NCBI GenBank assembly: GCA_050998755.1
Contig: JBPCPW010000102.1
Location: 1-26,570 of the forward strand
Reading direction: 5' to 3'
DNA length: 26,570 bases
Source: Candidatus Dormibacteria bacterium
GTDB taxonomy: Bacteria > Chloroflexota > Dormibacteria > DASZGP01
Made by a program: the position numbers and the translations under genes. Shown here piece by piece: positions 15,891-23,656 of the stretch; position 1 is the stretch's first letter, and the number at the start of each line of letters is the position of its first letter. The notes beneath the pieces were generated by a model that did no database searches, was not told the DNA's origin, and saw nothing but the letters and a program-made list of their open reading frames with translations.

Positions 15891-16695
15891 CGATGTCGGC
15901 TCCCTCTGGATGATCGCGGGTGCCCATGAACAGCCGGCGCGCAAAGCTCGGTCGTAGCGACACATCCTGGCGCTCGCCGAAGCGGTTCTCGACCTGGCGC
16001 TGCAGCTGCGTCAGAAGGGTGGTGATGAGCAGGTACCAGATGGCAGCCACGGTCTGGATTTCGAAGACCTTGTACGTGGCCAGGGACACGTGCTCCATGG
16101 TCGCGAATATCTCGATCACCGAGACGGTGCCCAGCAGGGAGGTGTTCTTGCTCATGTTGATGTACTCGTTGACCGTCGGCGGCAGGGCGATGCGCATGGT
16201 CTGGGGGATCACGATCTTTCGCGCGATCTGGCCGGGGGTCATACCCAGCGCGCGCGAAGCGTCGTACTGCCCGGGGTCGATGGCCTGCAGGCCGGAGCGG
16301 ATTATCTCGGTCATATAGGCCGCCTCGTTGAGCATCAGGGCGAGGGTCCCGGCCACCACGGCGTTGCGGGTGATGAAAAACAGTGTGGGCGGGTTGTTGA
16401 AGAGCTCGGCGATGCCGTCGTACATGAACGCGATCTGCAGCAGCAGTGGCGTGCCGCGGAAGATGTAGAGGTAGAGGTCCACCGGCAGGTGGATGAACGG
16501 GTTCTTCGACAATCGCCCCAGCGCCAGCGGGAACCCGAGAATGATGCCCGCGGTCTGCGCGATCAGGGTGATCGCCACGACCAGCATGACGGGGCCGAAG
16601 AAGAGGTCGCTGAAGAGGTACTTGTTGAAGGCCTGGACGTCGAAGCTGGCGAGATGACCCGCGGACAGCTCCGCCAAGAGCAACGAGCCGGTCAC
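15880..16695 (-). CDS. polar amino-acid ABC transporter permease (His/Glu/Gln/Arg/opine family)
   Basis: The 271 aa ORF has the EAA-like loop [31 protein letters not shown] and multiple TM helices. Confidence 0.9.
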   Translation of the reverse strand: MTGSLLLAELSAGHLASFDVQAFNKYLFSDLFFGPVMLVVAITLIAQTAGIILGFPLALGRLSKNPFIHLPVDLYLYIFRGTPLLLQIAFMYDGIAELFNNPPTLFFITRNAVVAGTLALMLNEAAYMTEIIRSGLQAIDPGQYDASRALGMTPGQIARKIVIPQTMRIALPPTVNEYINMSKNTSLLGTVSVIEIFATMEHVSLATYKVFEIQTVAAIWYLLITTLLTQLQRQVENRFGERQDVSLRPSFARRLFMGTRDHPEGADIGGH

Positions 16696-16743
16696 CGCGT
16701 TGTCTGCGTTGACCGGCTCGTCATGGTTACTGGCTTGAGCTCG

Positions 16744-17646
16744 CTACGACGAGGCCTTGGTGATATCTCCGGCGTCCAGCTTCCACTTGGTTAGGAGGGT
16801 CTTGTACGTACCGTCGGCGAGGATGGCCTTGAAGGCCGCGTCGACCGCGGTGAACATCGCCGCGTCGTCCTTGCGGACCGCGACCCCCTCCGGCGCGGTG
16901 CTCAGCACCGCCTTGTTGGTGATCTTCAGGTCGGTGTTCTTGAGCAACTCGTAGCTGGCAACCGGCGAGTCTGTGAAGTGCACGTCCGCCGTGCCCTTCC
17001 TGAGCGCCTCGAGTGACTGGGTGTCCTTGTCGAAATCGGTGTTCTTGAAGTCGATCGGCTTGGTCGCGCACGGCCCCTTCTTGGCGGGGTCGTTGGCGTC
17101 GGTGGCGTCGCTCTCTTCGGTGGTGCCCTTCTCGACCGCGACCTTGAGGCCGCAGAGGTCCTTCAGCTCCTGGGGGCTCTTGGAGCTGCTGTTGAGCACG
17201 ATGAACGACTCGCCGGCGGAGAAGTAGGGCTCGAACTGAACCACCTTCTTGCGTTCGTCGGTGATGGTCATCGCGGAGACCAGCGCATCGAACTTCTTGG
17301 TCTGGAGCGCCGGGATGATGCCGTCGAACTTGGTGTCGACGACGGCGTATTTCAGGCCCATCCGCGTCGCTATCGCCTTGGCCACGTCGAGGTCGAACCC
17401 GTCGGCGGTCTTGGGGCAGCCGTCGGGGTAGAACTCCTGCGGCGGGTACGAGACGTCCGAGCCGAAGGTCAGGGTACCGGGCGTGGTCAGCTCAGTGCTG
17501 GGCGGCGGCGCGGTGGTCTTCGACGGCCTGACCGCGTCGCTGCCGCATGGGTTGCTCGCGGTTGTGCCGCCGCCACTGCTGCCACCGCAGGCTGAGATGA
17601 GGAGCGTGCTCCCCAGGGCCATGGTGACCAGGAAACGCTTGCGCAA
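16744..17646 (-). CDS. amino-acid ABC transporter substrate-binding lipoprotein
   Basis: The TTG start is preceded by GGAGGGAGG. The lipobox is LLISAC, followed by a Gly/Ser linker. The type-3 SBP signature is GFDLDVAKAIA ... DALVSAMTITDERKK. Confidence 0.9.
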   Translation of the reverse strand: MRKRFLVTMALGSTLLISACGGSSGGGTTASNPCGSDAVRPSKTTAPPPSTELTTPGTLTFGSDVSYPPQEFYPDGCPKTADGFDLDVAKAIATRMGLKYAVVDTKFDGIIPALQTKKFDALVSAMTITDERKKVVQFEPYFSAGESFIVLNSSSKSPQELKDLCGLKVAVEKGTTEESDATDANDPAKKGPCATKPIDFKNTDFDKDTQSLEALRKGTADVHFTDSPVASYELLKNTDLKITNKAVLSTAPEGVAVRKDDAAMFTAVDAAFKAILADGTYKTLLTKWKLDAGDITKASS

Positions 17647-17709
17647 GGTGACCTCCCTCCAGTTCGAGCTTGACGTCGGTCATTGTATGCGTCCCAGCCT
17701 GATCGCCTG

Positions 17710-18290
17710 TCAGACCTCTCGCACAACGTCCCGGGGCTTCTTGTCGTCTCGCAGACCTTTGAAGCTGGGGTGGCGAAGGGTTCCATCGCGCGTCCATTCG
17801 GTGAACTCCACCTCGCAAACCAAGTCGGGTTCGATGTACTCCACGTCCTTCGGTGGTCTGCCGACTTCCAGAGGGGCGGTCTCGCGGCGCAGCGGCGCCA
17901 GGCGTTGGCGCAGCATTTGAAGTGTGCTTGCGGTGAACCCGGTACCAACCCTGCCCGCGTAAACCAGCCGCCCGCCCGGGCCCCGGCGATCGTAATAAGC
18001 GACCAGTAGGGCGCCGACATGGCCCGCTCGGGCGCCTTCGCCCGGCGTCGAGCCGACAATCACCAACTCCTGCCGCGCCTGGTTTTTGATCTTCAGCCAG
18101 GCGCCGGTGCGCACCCCGGGGGTGTACGTGCTGCTGAGGCGCTTGGCAATGATGCCCTCGCGTTTGAGCCGCCGGCTCTGCTCCAGGATTCCGGCGCCGC
18201 CACCCGCCTGGGACGGCGGAACCCACCACGACGGCCCCTCCAGGCCCAGGTCCTCGAGCTCGCTCAGCTTGCCCTCATCAGCCGCCGCTG
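17710..18290 (-). pseudogene. 5'-truncated ATP-dependent DNA ligase (LigD-type): end of adenylation domain plus OB-fold only
   Basis: EGIIAKRLSSTYTPG (motif IV), WLKIKN (motif V) and the OB-fold tail VYAGRVGTGFT ... VCEVEFTEWTRDGTLRHPSFKGLRDDKKPRDVV are present. There is no KxDG adenylation motif and no usable start codon. The upstream ORF extension is Arg/Gly/Pro-rich and overlaps a membrane-protein ORF in another frame. Confidence 0.6.
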
Positions 18291-18581
18291 CCTGATGCCA
18301 TACAGGCCGAGGTCTGTACAGCCCAAGGCCAGCAGCAGCAACAGCACGCCGGCCGGCAACCACAGGACGCTGCCCCCTGTCAGCACGAGCGCCAGCGAGA
18401 GCACCGCCAGAAGCAGCCCGACCAGGGCCACGCCGACGGCGAGGTAGATGGTCACGATGGTGACCCGGGTATCTCGGAGCGTCCCCGAGGGCGGCCGCGA
18501 CCACATCAAGACCATCACCATGTCGGCGACCGGTAGCAGGCGGCCCTGCAGAGCATCGAACGGTATGTCCTGACCAGCCAT
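18264..18581 (-). CDS. small hypothetical membrane protein (2-3 TM helices)
   Basis: The 105 aa ORF has the hydrophobic stretches VTIVTIYLAVGVALVGLLLAVLSLALVL and LWLPAGVLLLLLALGCTDLGLY. It looks more protein-like than the overlapping ligase-frame extension. Confidence 0.4.
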   Translation of the reverse strand: MAGQDIPFDALQGRLLPVADMVMVLMWSRPPSGTLRDTRVTIVTIYLAVGVALVGLLLAVLSLALVLTGGSVLWLPAGVLLLLLALGCTDLGLYGIRQRRLMRAS

Positions 18582-18681
18582 CCGCCAATTCTGACCGGGT
18601 CAGTGCCCTTCGGGAAACAACCTTGGCAACTCATCGGCTCGGAACGCCACGCTATTTCCCGGAGGGCCCTTAACCTTCCCT

Positions 18682-19029
18682 GTGGCCTACAAGCTGGTGA
18701 TCGCCGTCCGCACCGACCTCGGCATGAGCCTGGGCAAGACGGCAGCCCAGGTTGCGCATGCGGCGGTGGCCGCGGCCCTGTCGGCCGCCGGCACCCCGGA
18801 GCTGCCGGCCTGGCTGGAGGATGGGCAGGGCAAGCTCGTCGTTAGGGTGGGGTCACTGGAGGCGCTTATGGAAAAGGTCGATGAGGCCCGCGGCAAGGGT
18901 CTCCGGGCCACGGTCATCGCCGACGCCGGTCGCACCGAGCTTGACCCGGGGACGCAGACCTGCGCCGCGTTCGGGCCTGCCGCCGACGAGGTGCTGGCGC
19001 CGGTCACCGGCCAGCTGCCGCTGCTCTAA
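18682..19029 (+). CDS. pth2: peptidyl-tRNA hydrolase, Pth2 (archaeal/eukaryotic type)
   Basis: The 115 aa ORF has a GTG start. It aligns by eye along its whole length to archaeal Pth2: KLVIAVRTDLGMSLGKTAAQVAHAAV, WLEDGQGKLVVRV, IADAGRTELDPGTQTCAAFGP and a C-terminal VTGQLPLL. Confidence 0.85.
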   Translation: MAYKLVIAVRTDLGMSLGKTAAQVAHAAVAAALSAAGTPELPAWLEDGQGKLVVRVGSLEALMEKVDEARGKGLRATVIADAGRTELDPGTQTCAAFGPAADEVLAPVTGQLPLL

Positions 19030-19055
19030 GCCTCGGTCAGGTTAGGCTGAGCAGA

Positions 19056-19427
19056 TTGCCGAAGGACGTCGCGCGCTGGGTCCTGATCGGGATCATGGGT
19101 GGATCCGGGGTGCTGCACTTTGCCCGCCCCCAGTTCTATCGCAAGATCGTGCCCCGACCACTGGGACATGCCAATGAGGTTGTGGCCCTCAGCGGCGCCG
19201 CCGAACTGGCCTGCGCTGCCGCGATGATCATTCCGCCAACCCGGCGCCTTGGGGCCTGGGCTACCGCCGCGCTGCTGGTCGCGGTGTTCCCTGCCAACCT
19301 CCAGATGGCGCTGGACGGTGGGTTGAAGGGCGCTCCATTCCCGGCCAACAATGCGCTCCTTGCCTGGCTCCGACTGCCCCTGCAGGTACCGGCCGTCCTG
19401 ATGGCAATCTCCGTAGCCCGCGACTGA
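19056..19427 (+). CDS. DoxX-like family membrane protein
   Basis: The 123 aa ORF has a TTG start. The pattern GVLHFARPQFYRKIVP ... SGAAELACAAAMIIPPTRR ... AVFPANLQMAL is typical of DoxX-like proteins. Confidence 0.65.
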   Translation: MPKDVARWVLIGIMGGSGVLHFARPQFYRKIVPRPLGHANEVVALSGAAELACAAAMIIPPTRRLGAWATAALLVAVFPANLQMALDGGLKGAPFPANNALLAWLRLPLQVPAVLMAISVARD

Positions 19428-19595
19428 GCGCAGCCCCAGGCGGGCGGAGCGGTGGTCCCGTGACCCTCAGCATTGGTGACCAGGGGTCCCTAACAATCGG
19501 GGACCCTTGACCCCCCTTCCGGCCCATCCGTCCGCTCTAACGTTGGGAATTGGAAGCAACTTCAATGCAGCAAATCCATTCGGAGGACTCACTCA

Positions 19596-20081
19596 ATGAC
19601 TACCGCAACCCAGACCACCCTACCCTCAAAGGGCCGGCGGAGAGGATTCGCAATGGCCGCCCTGGTCGCGCTGACCGCGCTGGCAGGTTGTGGCGCAGTT
19701 GCCAACCCCACCCCTGACGCCTCGGCTCCTGCAACCACCAGCGATGGGTCGAAGATCAGCCTGACGGAGTTCAAGATCACGGGCGCCGCCGCGACCTACC
19801 CGGTCGGCAAGACCGACGTAACGATCACCAATAACGGCGGCGTCGACCATGAGCTGCTGGTCTTCAAGAGCGACCTCACCGCAGACAAATACCCAGTCGA
19901 TGACAACGGCAAGATCAACGAGGAAGGGGCCGGCATCAACAAGGTCAGTGACGGGGACAATGTCGCCGCGGGCAAGTCCCAGACGCGGACCCTTGACCTG
20001 ACCGCGGGCACCTATCTATTCGTCTGCAACCTACCCGGTCACTTCAAGTCCGGGATGTACTCGGTGGTCACCGTCAAGTAA
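19596..20081 (+). CDS. cupredoxin (type-1 blue copper) lipoprotein with twin-arginine-like signal
   Basis: Signal features are GRRRGFAMAAL and the lipobox LAGC. Copper ligands are H in VDHELLVF and C..PGH...GM in FVCNLPGHFKSGMY. GGAGG lies 10 nt before the ATG. Confidence 0.8.
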   Translation: MTTATQTTLPSKGRRRGFAMAALVALTALAGCGAVANPTPDASAPATTSDGSKISLTEFKITGAAATYPVGKTDVTITNNGGVDHELLVFKSDLTADKYPVDDNGKINEEGAGINKVSDGDNVAAGKSQTRTLDLTAGTYLFVCNLPGHFKSGMYSVVTVK

Positions 20082-20102
20082 CCGTTCGACGATTTGGATG
20101 AG

Positions 20103-20132
20103 AGACAGTGCCGGCCATAACCGGCGCTGTCT
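20103..20132. terminator. 12-bp stem hairpin between the convergent cupredoxin and PLD genes
   Basis: AGACAGTGCCGG - CCATAA - CCGGCGCTGTCT has one U-G pair. It ends 1 nt before the PLD stop codon and starts 22 nt after the cupredoxin stop. No U-tract is present. Confidence 0.45.
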
Positions 20133-21239
20133 TCATGTGGTTGCCGGGGCGTTCGCCGCCTCCCCGTAACGAGCGAAGAGACCGTCAGCAAATTCCGTCA
20201 GTTGGTCAGCCAGGTCGGCGCTGTCGATTTCCACGACGTTCTCGGCGTTCATCTCGCCGCTGTGTGAGATGTTGAAGCTGCCGGTCAGGACAATGTCGTC
20301 GGCGACCATGAACTTGGCGTGCATGTAATCGTGCACCGAGCCCTCGGCATAGGGCGTCGAGCGTTTCGAAGCGCACCGCAGCCGGGACCTGGCCGCCTCG
20401 AAGATGGGCGTCTTCCACGCAGAGCGCTCCTCGGCGCCCCACTGGCTCAGCACGTGGTCCATCTGTGTCTGGTCGTACACCACCCTGCTGTCAACGGAAC
20501 TCGGTATCTCCGCCAGGCTGGCGAGGACCGGTCCCGACGTCAGCACCGGTGAGCAGATACGCAGTCGCCGGCGCGCCTGCCCGATCCGCGACGCGTATAG
20601 GTGCGCCATGGCCCGGCCGCGACCCGGCGAGAAGATGGCGCGGCACTTCACCTGCTGCCCCGCGACCGCGGTGGTCGCCCACTGCCCATCGAAATGCCCC
20701 GAGGCTTCCACCGAGCCTTTCTGCCAGAGCTCCTCGAAATTCCTGGAGTAGTCGGCCGCCAGTCCGTCGGACGGCACGACGACTATGAGGTTCTCCTCGC
20801 GAGTCCAGGAGTCGGTTGTCCAGTTCGTCGAACCGGTCCACACGGCGCTCCTGTCCCGGATGACGTACTTGTGGTGCATCAGGTCTGGTACCCCCGGAAT
20901 GCTGCGACAGGGAACCCCCAAGCCCTCCACCTGGCCAGGATCGCTCCGCGGAGGAGGCGGATATCTGGGGTTCGGGGCCCGAGGACCGTTGTAAACAAGC
21001 CTGATGGCCACGCCCGCGGCGACGCGTTCCTGGAGCGCCGCGCGCAGCCCGGAGGCGAGCAGGTCAGTCAGGTTGAGGTCATAGATCGCGATCTCGAGTG
21101 AGGTGCTCGCGACCGAGATGTATGACACCAGACGGTCGAGGACCTCAGTCGCAGGCTGGCTTCCATCGCTGAGGAAAAGGGTGCTCAGTTGGTCCGCGGT
21201 CTCTCTGCCTATCACCATGAGCTGCCGTCGAACATACAA
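20133..21239 (-). CDS. phospholipase D-family protein with two HKD motifs
   Basis: HHKYVIRDRSAVWTGSTNWT and HAKFMVADDIVLTGSFNIS both fit HxKxxxxD...GSxN. No TM segment is seen. An alternative start is Met8 at 21218. Confidence 0.85.
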   Translation of the reverse strand: MYVRRQLMVIGRETADQLSTLFLSDGSQPATEVLDRLVSYISVASTSLEIAIYDLNLTDLLASGLRAALQERVAAGVAIRLVYNGPRAPNPRYPPPPRSDPGQVEGLGVPCRSIPGVPDLMHHKYVIRDRSAVWTGSTNWTTDSWTREENLIVVVPSDGLAADYSRNFEELWQKGSVEASGHFDGQWATTAVAGQQVKCRAIFSPGRGRAMAHLYASRIGQARRRLRICSPVLTSGPVLASLAEIPSSVDSRVVYDQTQMDHVLSQWGAEERSAWKTPIFEAARSRLRCASKRSTPYAEGSVHDYMHAKFMVADDIVLTGSFNISHSGEMNAENVVEIDSADLADQLTEFADGLFARYGEAANAPATT

Positions 21240-21267
21240 CAGGACGTGTTGGCGCCAAATTCGTATT

Positions 21268-21339
<72 letters not shown>

Positions 21340-21589
21340 ACGGGGTAGATAGGTTAGCAACCCGGAAGGCGGGGGCTTTTTGGGAAGCCCCTCCAAGGCT
21401 ACGCTGAATTCGGAAACCGGTCCGGGAGGGCCGGTTTTCGGCACTTTCGAGGCCCTGTAAGGAACAGGGAGCGAAGGTGCAAAGGAGGGGTCAGCCAGGA
21501 TGTCAAATAGCCCGAATCCGTTGTTGGTTCGCAAGTCAATTGTTCGGTCCAACCCCAGCGGGACCCGCCGCGGCCCCGTCCCGGCTTAG

Positions 21590-21786
21590 TGGCCCATGGC
21601 CGGCCCACCGGCCGCCCGTCGGGGATGAAAATGGGGGTTGGCGCCCTGCGACGTCGGCGAATCTTGGTGCAGACGAGCCCGTGGCTTAGTGGGACGCGGG
21701 AGTTTCGGGCACCGTTCAGTGTCGCTTCGAGCACGAGTCTTAGATTCCAGACATGAAGCTCCCCAGGGTGCCGCAAGGAGGTTCGT
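21590..21786 (+). ncRNA. candidate IS110 bridge (seek) RNA in the 5' non-coding arm
   Basis: About 200 nt of non-coding DNA lies upstream of the transposase and contains hairpins such as GGCCGG-CCCA-CCGGCC. It holds internal copies of both inferred junction sequences: GGCTTAGTGG at 21683-21692 (junction copy at 21583-21592) and GTCTTAG at 21737-21743 (junction copy at 23058-23064). Confidence 0.35.
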
Positions 21787-23043
21787 ATGGACAGTTTGGT
21801 CGAGCGGTGCGCCGGTCTCGACGTGCACAAGGACACCGTGGTGGCGTGTGTCCGATACCCCGGGGAAGGCGGTAGCCGGGGGGTCGAACTGCGCGAGTTC
21901 GGCACCACCACCCGCGACCTGCTGGTGCTGCGGGACTGGCTGGTGCTGCGGGACTGGCTGGTGGCGTACGGGGTGACCCGGGTGGGCATGGAGGCGACCG
22001 GGGTCTACTGGAAGCCCATCTACTACGTCCTGGAGGACGCGATGGACACGTGGCTGCTCAACGCAGGCCACCTCCACAACGTCCCGGGGCGCAAGACCGA
22101 CATGGCCGATGCGGCCTGGATTGCCCAGATCCTGGAGTACGGGCTGGTGCGCCCGAGCTTCGTCCCCCCCAAGCCGATCCGTGAGCTCCGCAACCTCACC
22201 CGATACCGCAAGGCCCAGATTGAGGAGCGGACGCGGGAGGCGCAGCGCTTGGACAAGGTGCTTCAGGACGCTGGCATCAAGCTCTCGAGCGTTGCCTCTG
22301 AGATCCTCGGAGTCTCGAGCCGAACGATGCTGCTGGCCCTGGTCGATGGCACTCGTGATCCCGAGGTTCTCGCGGACCTCGCTAGGGGCAAGTTGCGCTC
22401 CAAGCTCCCGGCCCTGCGCGAGGCCCTCAACGGCAACTTTGGAGCCCACCACGCCCTCCTGGTCGGCACCATCCTGTCCAAACTCGACTTCATGGACGAG
22501 GTCGTTGAGCGGTTGTCGGCCGAGGTGGAGCTGGCGATCTCCCCTTTTGCGCACCAGCTTGAACTCCTGGACACCATCCCGGGTGTGGACCGGCGCACCG
22601 CAGAGGCGCTGATCGCCGAGATTGGCGTCGACATGGCTCGATTCGGTACCGCCGGTCGCCTCGCTTCCTGGGCCGGCATGTGTCCAGGTCAATACGAGTC
22701 CGCCGGCAAGTCCCGGCGCGGCACCACGCGCAAGGGCTCCCGCTGGTTGCGGACCCACCTGATTGAAGCCGCCAAGGCCGCCTCCCACGCCAAGGGCACC
22801 TATCTCGGCGCCCAGTACGCCCGTCTCAAAGGACGAATCGGCAGCTCGCGCGCCACCGTTGCCGTCGCCCACTCGATCCTCGTCTCGGCCTTCTACATCC
22901 TCGAGCGCGACCAGCCCTACAACGATCTCGGGGATGACTGGTTCGCCCGTCGCCACTCCCCCGAACGTCACGCCCAGAAACTCGTCACCCAACTCAAGAA
23001 GCTCGGCTACGACGTTGAGCTTCCGGAGCGTGATGTGGCGTAG
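21787..23043 (+). CDS. IS110-family transposase (DEDD/RuvC-like N-domain plus Transposase_20-type C-domain)
   Basis: The 418 aa ORF contains CAGLDVHKDTVVACV, VGMEATGVYWKP, GRKTDMADAAWIAQ, IPGVDRRTAEALIAEIG and GKSRRGTTRKGSRWLR. AAGGAGG lies 6 nt before the ATG. Confidence 0.9.
   Translation: MDSLVERCAGLDVHKDTVVACVRYPGEGGSRGVELREFGTTTRDLLVLRDWLVLRDWLVAYGVTRVGMEATGVYWKPIYYVLEDAMDTWLLNAGHLHNVPGRKTDMADAAWIAQILEYGLVRPSFVPPKPIRELRNLTRYRKAQIEERTREAQRLDKVLQDAGIKLSSVASEILGVSSRTMLLALVDGTRDPEVLADLARGKLRSKLPALREALNGNFGAHHALLVGTILSKLDFMDEVVERLSAEVELAISPFAHQLELLDTIPGVDRRTAEALIAEIGVDMARFGTAGRLASWAGMCPGQYESAGKSRRGTTRKGSRWLRTHLIEAAKAASHAKGTYLGAQYARLKGRIGSSRATVAVAHSILVSAFYILERDQPYNDLGDDWFARRHSPERHAQKLVTQLKKLGYDVELPERDVA
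21922..21963 (+). repeat. perfect 18-bp tandem duplication CTGGTGCTGCGGGACTGG x2 plus a 6-bp partial third copy
   Basis: Direct reading shows 21922-21939 equal to 21940-21957, followed by CTGGTG. The repeat encodes LVLRDW-LVLRDW-LV inside the transposase N-domain. Confidence 0.9.
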
Positions 23044-23049
23044 GGGGAA

Positions 23050-23304
23050 CTATTTTCGTCTTAGGGATAAAACGACGTGGCTCCCGTCGATCGAGACACC
23101 GCTGAGCTCGTCCCATGTGGCCTCCCAGCTCGGAATGCGGAAGATGATCCAATTCCTCAAAAAGGACGGTTCGAGCCTGACCCCGGCTGCACCAAGTCGC
23201 ACCCGCAAGAAAGGCCAGCTGACGTTGATGAATCCCCAGGTATCGTCGGGCACTTTGCCACCACCGACCTGGGTAACACGGTCAAATTCCGAGCGGCCAG
23301 CCAT
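23050..23304 (-). pseudogene. small hypothetical protein, probably 3'-truncated by the IS110 insertion
   Basis: The internal ATG at 23304 gives MAGRSEFDRVTQVGGGKVPDDTWGFINVSWPFLRVRLGAAGVRLEPSFLRNWIIFRIPSWEATWDELSGVSIDGSHV. The last eight codons (gtt tta tcc cta aga cga aaa tag) switch abruptly to A/T-ending rare codons where the ORF meets the IS end. Confidence 0.4.
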
Positions 23305-23353
23305 GAACCCATTCTGAGGTGTGTGTCTCAGGAGGGAGGAGTAGGCTGCCGAT

Positions 23354-23656
23354 ATGACTCTTGACGATCTCCGCCGCCGTCGTGACCAGATCCTCCGCGT
23401 GGCTGCCGCCGGCGGCGCTAGCAACGTTCGAGTGTTTGGCTCAGTCGCCCGTGGCACTGCCGACGAGCGCAGCGACGTCGACCTCCTTGTAGAGCTCCAG
23501 GAACCGCGGCCACACGGCTTCGATTACTTCGGCCGCATCGACGCGCTGCAGCGAGCGCTGGCGGCCGAGCTTGGGCTGCAGGTCCACGTGGCTGAGATCC
23601 GCGACGCCGGCAATCCCATGGCGCAGGACATCCTGGCCGAGGCGGTCCCTCTCTGA
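23354..23656 (+). CDS. mntA: nucleotidyltransferase-domain antitoxin (MNT/MntA type)
   Basis: The 100 aa ORF contains VFGSVARGTADERSDVDLLVEL, the GSxxRG...DxD minimal nucleotidyltransferase motif. It is followed by a HEPN/DUF86 reading frame. Confidence 0.85.
   Translation: MTLDDLRRRRDQILRVAAAGGASNVRVFGSVARGTADERSDVDLLVELQEPRPHGFDYFGRIDALQRALAAELGLQVHVAEIRDAGNPMAQDILAEAVPL

Larger units (their letters stand above)
21585..23064 (+). mobile_element. IS110-family insertion sequence (ends approximate, probably within 15-80 bp)
   Basis: The only solid component is the DEDD transposase gene at 21787..23043. The ends are inferred from the shared CTTAG at 21585-21589 and 23060-23064. An AT-rich patch right after the transposase stop and a codon-usage break in the adjacent minus-strand ORF support the right end. 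No terminal inverted repeats are seen, as expected for this family. Confidence 0.45.

Noticed and set aside
17483-18229. Several 140-245 aa ORFs on both strands around the SBP start and ligase remnant
   Set aside because: All overlap better-supported frames (SBP lipoprotein, ligase OB-fold) and have Arg/Pro/Gly-rich low-complexity products.
21400-21440. Hairpin AAACCGG...CCGGTTT considered as SRP (4.5S) RNA, or as an intrinsic terminator of an upstream plus-strand gene
   Set aside because: It lacks the conserved SRP domain IV sequence (GGAAGCAGCC-type). There is also no plus-strand gene upstream for it to terminate. It is kept only as part of the hairpin-rich region finding.
21586-22992. 468 aa ORF on the minus strand
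   Set aside because: It is antisense to the IS110 transposase. It has no recognisable motifs and a Gly/Ala/Arg/Pro-rich composition.
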